Below are positions 59,065-64,000 of a stretch of DNA of 64,000 bases, piece after piece (positions within the stretch are counted from its first letter, which is position 1; the number at the start of each line of letters is the position of its first letter). The position numbers were made by a program, and so were the translations under genes. Under the pieces are notes generated by a model, which searched no databases, had not been told where the DNA came from, and was given only the letters and a program-made list of their open reading frames with translations. This stretch comes from Pseudomonadales bacterium (GTDB taxonomy: Bacteria; Pseudomonadota; Gammaproteobacteria; Pseudomonadales; UBA7434), in the NCBI GenBank assembly GCA_965216795.1, contig OZ244196.1:1409044-1473043 (forward strand), in the 5' to 3' direction.

Positions 59065-59733
59065 CTAGCTTGCTGCGCCACCGGCGGCTGGTTCAGCTAC
59101 GCCCTCTTCGAGGACCTCGCCCTTGAAGATCCAGACCTTGATGCCCAGGATGCCGTACGTTGTTAAAGCTTCATGCGTCGCATAATCAATGTCAGCACGC
59201 AATGTATGCAGCGGTACACGTCCTTCGCGATACCACTCTGAACGCGCGATCTCGGCGCCGCCCAGTCGACCGCCAACCTGTACCTTGATACCTTCAGCGC
59301 CCGCACGCATGGCGTTTTGAACAACGCGTTTCATCGCACGGCGAAACATAACGCGGCGCTCAAGCTGTCCCGCAATGTTTTGCGCTACCAGCTTGGCATC
59401 GAGATCGGGCTTGCGGATCTCTTCAATATTGATGTGCACGGGCACACCCATCTTCGCGACCAGCTGCTGGCGCAGTTTTTCAACGTCTTCACCCTTTTTG
59501 CCGATAACGATACCCGGGCGAGCGGTGTGAATTGTGACGCGTGCAGTTTGCGCTGGACGCTCAATAACGACCTTGCTCACAGAAGCCCGTGACAGCTGCT
59601 TTTCGACGAACTCGCGCACCTGCATGTCGCTAATAAGGCGCTCAGCGTAGTTCTTGCTGTCGGCATACCAGATCGACGAGTGCTGCTTGGTAATGCCCAG
59701 TCGAATACCTGTCGGGTGAACTTTCTGACCCAT
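59065..59733 (-). CDS. rpsC: 30S ribosomal protein S3
   Basis: [24 protein letters not shown]. Confidence 0.98.
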   Translation of the reverse strand: MGQKVHPTGIRLGITKQHSSIWYADSKNYAERLISDMQVREFVEKQLSRASVSKVVIERPAQTARVTIHTARPGIVIGKKGEDVEKLRQQLVAKMGVPVHINIEEIRKPDLDAKLVAQNIAGQLERRVMFRRAMKRVVQNAMRAGAEGIKVQVGGRLGGAEIARSEWYREGRVPLHTLRADIDYATHEALTTYGILGIKVWIFKGEVLEEGVAEPAAGGAAS

Positions 59734-59755
59734 GTGGTTCTCCTAACGTGCCGCT

Positions 59756-60085
59756 TTAGTCGGCGACTTTTACGGTTATATGGCAGTATCGCTTGAGGAT
59801 ACGGTCAGCTCGGCCCTTTGCACGTGGGCGGAGTCGCTTCAATGTTCTTCCTTCGTTGACGAACACGGTCGAAACGCGCAGCTCGTCAACATCAGCAGCT
59901 TCATTGTGCTCGGCATTCGCGATCGCCGAGTTCAGAACCTTCAGGATAATTCCGGCAGCCTTTTTGTTGCTGAACGTCAGGATGTCGATAGCATCCTCGG
60001 CGCTTTTGCCGCGAATCATATCGGCAACAAGTCGCGCCTTCTGGGCTGAGATAGCTGCCCCTGATAATGTCGCTTGTACTTCCAT
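59756..60085 (-). CDS. rplV: 50S ribosomal protein L22
   Basis: [28 protein letters not shown]. Confidence 0.98.
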   Translation of the reverse strand: MEVQATLSGAAISAQKARLVADMIRGKSAEDAIDILTFSNKKAAGIILKVLNSAIANAEHNEAADVDELRVSTVFVNEGRTLKRLRPRAKGRADRILKRYCHITVKVAD

Positions 60086-60106
60086 CGCTGCTATAAACCT
60101 CGTTTT

Positions 60107-60382
60107 CTAACGCTTGGCCTTTTTATCGGCCGCATGACCGCGATACGTGCGAGTTGGCGAAAACTCACCGAGCTTGTGGCCAACCATATCTTCAGTGACG
60201 AAAACCGGCACGTGCTGTCGCCCGTTGTGCACCGCGATGGTCAAACCCACCATATCGGGTGAAACCATCGAACGCCGAGACCAGGTCTTGATTGGGCGCT
60301 TGTCACTCTTCTCAACCGCATCTTCTACTTTCTTCAGCAGGTGCAGGTCTATAAATGGGCCTTTTTTCAACGAACGCGGCAC
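60107..60382 (-). CDS. rpsS: 30S ribosomal protein S19
   Basis: [20 protein letters not shown]. Confidence 0.98.
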   Translation of the reverse strand: MPRSLKKGPFIDLHLLKKVEDAVEKSDKRPIKTWSRRSMVSPDMVGLTIAVHNGRQHVPVFVTEDMVGHKLGEFSPTRTYRGHAADKKAKR

Positions 60383-60445
60383 GCTTAATGTCCTCTCGTT
60401 TCTCGTCTTGTCTTTTAAATCTTGCTAGTACGCTACCAACCGCAT

Positions 60446-61273
60446 CTATCGCGCTTTGCGACGTCGTACGATCAACCCATCGGTTCGCTTGTTCTTGCGG
60501 GTCTTGTAACCCTTGGTGGGCACGCCCCATGGGCTGACCGGATGCCGACCCCCTGAGGTACGGCCTTCACCACCACCATGGGGGTGATCCACCGGGTTCA
60601 TTGCAACACCACGAACCGTAGGTCGGATGCCGCGCCAGCGCGAGGCACCGGCTTTACCCAGCGAGCGCAGGTTGTGCTCGCTGTTGGATACTTCGCCCAA
60701 AGTAGCTCGACACTCCGCCAGCACCTTGCGCATTTCACCTGAGCGCAGTCGCAGCGTGACATAGCCACCGTCGCGCGCCACCAGCTGGCAGCTACCGCCG
60801 GCGCTGCGCACCATTTGCGCGCCCTTGCCTGGCTTGAGCTCTACACAGTGAATCTGGCTACCCACCGGGATGTTGCGCAGCGGCAGGGTATTACCCGCCT
60901 TGATCGGGGCTGCATCACCCGAGACGAGCTCATCGCCTGCTTTCACACCCTTGGGTGCAATAATGTAACTGCGCTGGCCGTCGCTGTAGACCAGCAGCGC
61001 CAGGTGGGCGCTGCGGTTAGGGTCATATTCGAGGCGCTCTACCTTCGCTGGAATACCATCGCGGTTGCGCTTGAAATCCACAATGCGGTAGTGCTGCTTG
61101 TGGCCACCACCACGATGACGGGTAGTAATGCGGCCCGCATTGTTGCGTCCACCACTCTTGGTCTTTTTCGCCAGCAACGGCTTGTGCGGGCCACCCTTGT
61201 GCAGATCCGGATTGACGACGCGAACAACAAATCGGCGACCCGGTGAGGTTGGCTTACTTTTTACGACCGGCAT
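60446..61273 (-). CDS. rplB: 50S ribosomal protein L2
   Basis: [17 protein letters not shown] ... [13 protein letters not shown]. Confidence 0.98.
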   Translation of the reverse strand: MPVVKSKPTSPGRRFVVRVVNPDLHKGGPHKPLLAKKTKSGGRNNAGRITTRHRGGGHKQHYRIVDFKRNRDGIPAKVERLEYDPNRSAHLALLVYSDGQRSYIIAPKGVKAGDELVSGDAAPIKAGNTLPLRNIPVGSQIHCVELKPGKGAQMVRSAGGSCQLVARDGGYVTLRLRSGEMRKVLAECRATLGEVSNSEHNLRSLGKAGASRWRGIRPTVRGVAMNPVDHPHGGGEGRTSGGRHPVSPWGVPTKGYKTRKNKRTDGLIVRRRKAR

Positions 61274-61301
61274 TCTTCAGGCTCCAGTAATCAGTTGACC
61301 G

Positions 61302-61598
61302 CTATTCTGCAGTCGCAAAATCGATGTCATGACCAGCGGCAAGCTTGACGTAGGCTTTCTTCCAGCCTGGCTTGCGAGACAGGCCAAAGCGGTTTTGCTT
61401 GACCTTGCCCTTGACGTTGCTGACCTGGACTTTCTCGACTTTGACTTTAAACAGTGTTTCTACCGCGCGACGGATCTCCAGCTTGCTGGCATCCGGCAGC
61501 ACGCGAAATACAACCGCGTTTGAGCTGTCGGCCGCGAGCGCTGCCTTTTCAGAGATATGCGGCGCGACAAGCACTTTTAACAAGCGTTCTTTGTTCAC
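61302..61598 (-). CDS. rplW: 50S ribosomal protein L23
   Basis: [20 protein letters not shown]. Confidence 0.98.
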   Translation of the reverse strand: MNKERLLKVLVAPHISEKAALAADSSNAVVFRVLPDASKLEIRRAVETLFKVKVEKVQVSNVKGKVKQNRFGLSRKPGWKKAYVKLAAGHDIDFATAE

Positions 61599-62212
61599 CC
61601 GAGCACCTCTTCAAATTTTTTCAATGCCGCCACTGTAATCAGCACCTTCTCAAACGCGACCAGGCTCACAGGGTCAGCGCCATTCACATCGCGGACATCA
61701 ACGTGGTGCAGGTTGCGCGCGGAAAGGTACAGGTTTTCATCGCCTGTCTCGGTGATGATCAGTACATCACTGAGGTTGTACTCGGCGAGCTTGCCCACCA
61801 ATGCCTTGGTCTTTGGCTCACTCAGCGAAAAATCTTCAACAACGATCAAACGCTCGGAGCGCGCCAGCTCGGACAGGATGGTGCGCAGCGCAGCGCGGTA
61901 CATCTTGCGATTGAGCTTTTGCGAATGATCCTGCGGCTTGGCGGCGAACGCCTTACCACCGGAACGCCAGATCGGGCTGCGGATGGTGCCGGCACGGGCG
62001 CGACCCGTTCCCTTTTGACGCCATGGCTTGGCGCCACCACCGCGAACTTCCGAACGCGTTTTCTGGGCGCGAGTCCCCTGGCGTGCGCCAGCCAGATAGG
62101 CGACGACGACCTGGTGAACCAGCGCTTCGTTATATTCTTTGCCAAATGCCATATCCGACACTTCAAGTGTGTCGGCATTGGCATTACCTGGAGCAGCAAG
62201 TGCTAACTGCAT
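61595..62212 (-). CDS. rplD: 50S ribosomal protein L4
   Basis: [29 protein letters not shown]. Confidence 0.98.
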   Translation of the reverse strand: MQLALAAPGNANADTLEVSDMAFGKEYNEALVHQVVVAYLAGARQGTRAQKTRSEVRGGGAKPWRQKGTGRARAGTIRSPIWRSGGKAFAAKPQDHSQKLNRKMYRAALRTILSELARSERLIVVEDFSLSEPKTKALVGKLAEYNLSDVLIITETGDENLYLSARNLHHVDVRDVNGADPVSLVAFEKVLITVAALKKFEEVLG

Positions 62213-62234
62213 TGTCTAAAACCCCCTCCAGTAC

Positions 62235-62876
62235 CTAGTTCTTGGCCTTGACGGCAGGCTTGATGAGAACATCGCCGCCGGGCGCACCGGGAATCGCACC
62301 CTTGATCAGGATCAGGTTGCGTTCGGCGTCAACGCGAACCACTTCGAGGTTCTGCGTGGTGACTTGTGCAGCACCCATGTGGCCGGACATCTTTTTGCCT
62401 TTGAAGACACGTCCAGGCGTTTGGCACTGGCCAATAGAACCGTTGGCACGGTGTGAAATCGAGTTACCGTGGGTGGCGTCCTGCATGCTGAAGTTCCAGC
62501 GCTTAACGCCGCCCTGGAAACCTTTACCCTTGGACTGGCCGGTGACATCGATTTTTTGCCCGGCTTCGAAGCTCTCTACGGTCAGCTCGCTGCCCACAGT
62601 CAACTCTTCGCTAGCCTCGGGCAGGCGCATTTCCCACAGTCCACGACCGGCGCCTGTCTCAGCCTTCGCAAAATGACCCGCCTGCGGCTTGGCTACGCGG
62701 CTGGCACGGCGGGTACCCACGGTGACCTGTACGGCGTCATAGCCGTCGGTATCAACGGTTTTAACCTGGGTGATGCGATTAGGCTCGACTTCGACCACGC
62801 TGACCGGGATCGAATCGCCATCTTCGGTGAAAATACGCGTCATGCCGCTTTTGCGGCCGACCAGACCAATTGCCAT
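62235..62876 (-). CDS. rplC: 50S ribosomal protein L3
   Basis: [20 protein letters not shown]. Confidence 0.98.
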   Translation of the reverse strand: MAIGLVGRKSGMTRIFTEDGDSIPVSVVEVEPNRITQVKTVDTDGYDAVQVTVGTRRASRVAKPQAGHFAKAETGAGRGLWEMRLPEASEELTVGSELTVESFEAGQKIDVTGQSKGKGFQGGVKRWNFSMQDATHGNSISHRANGSIGQCQTPGRVFKGKKMSGHMGAAQVTTQNLEVVRVDAERNLILIKGAIPGAPGGDVLIKPAVKAKN

Positions 62877-63012
62877 GTTGTTAACCTCACAGTGTACGGG
62901 GCTGCTTACCCGCTATGGCCGCCTTCAGCCAGATGGCTACAGGCATTACACGTCAGTTCGCCGAATTAACGCAGGCGCGCCGCCTCGACGTGTTCTTCCC
63001 GGGATGCTTGCG

Positions 63013-63533
<521 letters not shown>

Positions 63534-63583
63534 ACGGTTTCGACGGGTAATTCGCCCAGCGCGGCGCGGCCCGCGCCAGCTGG

Positions 63584-64000
63584 CTACATCGCCTGAAGCA
63601 GGTGCCGGCTGAGATCCCCAAAAAGCCGGGAATCGATCCTTCGCCGGTCAAAAAACCAGCAATTCTCGACCTTGTGGAAGCTGTCCTCGTAGCGGACACC
63701 GATGATGGGTTGCATCGGGAAATCCTCGAGCGACTGGAACACCACGGCATAGCTCCTGGCGGAGGCTCGCTCGCCGCTGTCGTCTACCTTCACGACGACA
63801 TTGCTGGTGTGGTGCAGGGTATGGGGGGTGCCCGTATCCGGGTAAAGCCGGGTAAAGCGCTGGTACATCTCACGAACGGCATCGACGCCGGTGTTCACCG
63901 CCTCACTGCCATCGCTGGCGACTCCCACGATACTGCCATGGCGGAACAGGTCGGCGACGGCATCGAGATCGCCGTCATCAAGGCTATGGGCATACTGATA
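63584..64000 (-). CDS. SnoaL_4 / NTF2-like family protein. The 5' end runs off the window end.
   Basis: The track ORF 63584-63928 starts at an internal GTG. The frame stays open to 64000 and reads YQYAHSLDDGDLDAVADLFRHGSIVGVASDG..., the typical SnoaL_4 opening helix. Confidence 0.6.
   Translation of the reverse strand, partial: YQYAHSLDDGDLDAVADLFRHGSIVGVASDGSEAVNTGVDAVREMYQRFTRLYPDTGTPHTLHHTSNVVVKVDDSGERASARSYAVVFQSLEDFPMQPIIGVRYEDSFHKVENCWFFDRRRIDSRLFGDLSRHLLQAM

Overview
This is a high-G+C window that looks gammaproteobacterial. The gene content suggests a marine, Cellvibrionales-like organism, but that is inference only. All calls come from reading the ORF track and the DNA by eye. No searches were run, so family names rest on motifs I recognise from memory.

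Layout by position:
- 1-16 kb, housekeeping and accessory genes: a partial HAMP sensor, an AIM24/TIGR00266 protein, a PilZ protein, an MBL-fold hydrolase, bamC-dapA, a KorA/TrfB-like regulator, a MaoC dehydratase, an RND adaptor plus pump, a lone ExbD, ogt, and a PAS-GGDEF-EAL protein.
- 16.9-22.4 kb: an oxidative cluster of P450, an unknown protein, a KstD-like flavoprotein, an epoxide-hydrolase-like protein and an SDR.
- 22.5-36 kb: cmoB, then pxpBCA translationally coupled to a Ycf46-like AAA+ ATPase. After that come a GT2, a DUF418 protein, an LLM oxidoreductase and a SnoaL-like protein. The stretch ends with a short exosortase-family protein and its coupled membrane partner, a PhaF-like phasin with a TetR regulator, and a tyrosine phosphatase.
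- 36.4-39.9 kb: divergent ssb and uvrA.
- 39.9-46.9 kb: a block of visibly lower G+C holding three co-directional secreted-protein genes. These are a GH53 galactanase, a 476-aa fibre-like protein and a 1231-aa orphan, preceded by a 543-nt AT-rich leader.
- 46.9-48.8 kb: a LysR regulator and a divergent alpha/beta hydrolase.
- 48.9-63.3 kb: the complete S10-spc-alpha ribosomal protein supercluster on the minus strand (rpsJ to rplQ, including secY, rpmJ and rpoA). It starts at a near-consensus promoter and leader, and its upstream neighbour is a SnoaL-like gene rather than tuf.

I saw no rRNA, tRNA, CRISPR array, transposase or integrase.

The best candidate for something undescribed is the low-G+C secreted-protein block at 39.9-46.9 kb. 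Secondary candidates are the AAA+ gene coupled to pxpBCA, the cargo-less short exosortase pair, and a terminator-bounded noncoding stretch downstream of ssb.
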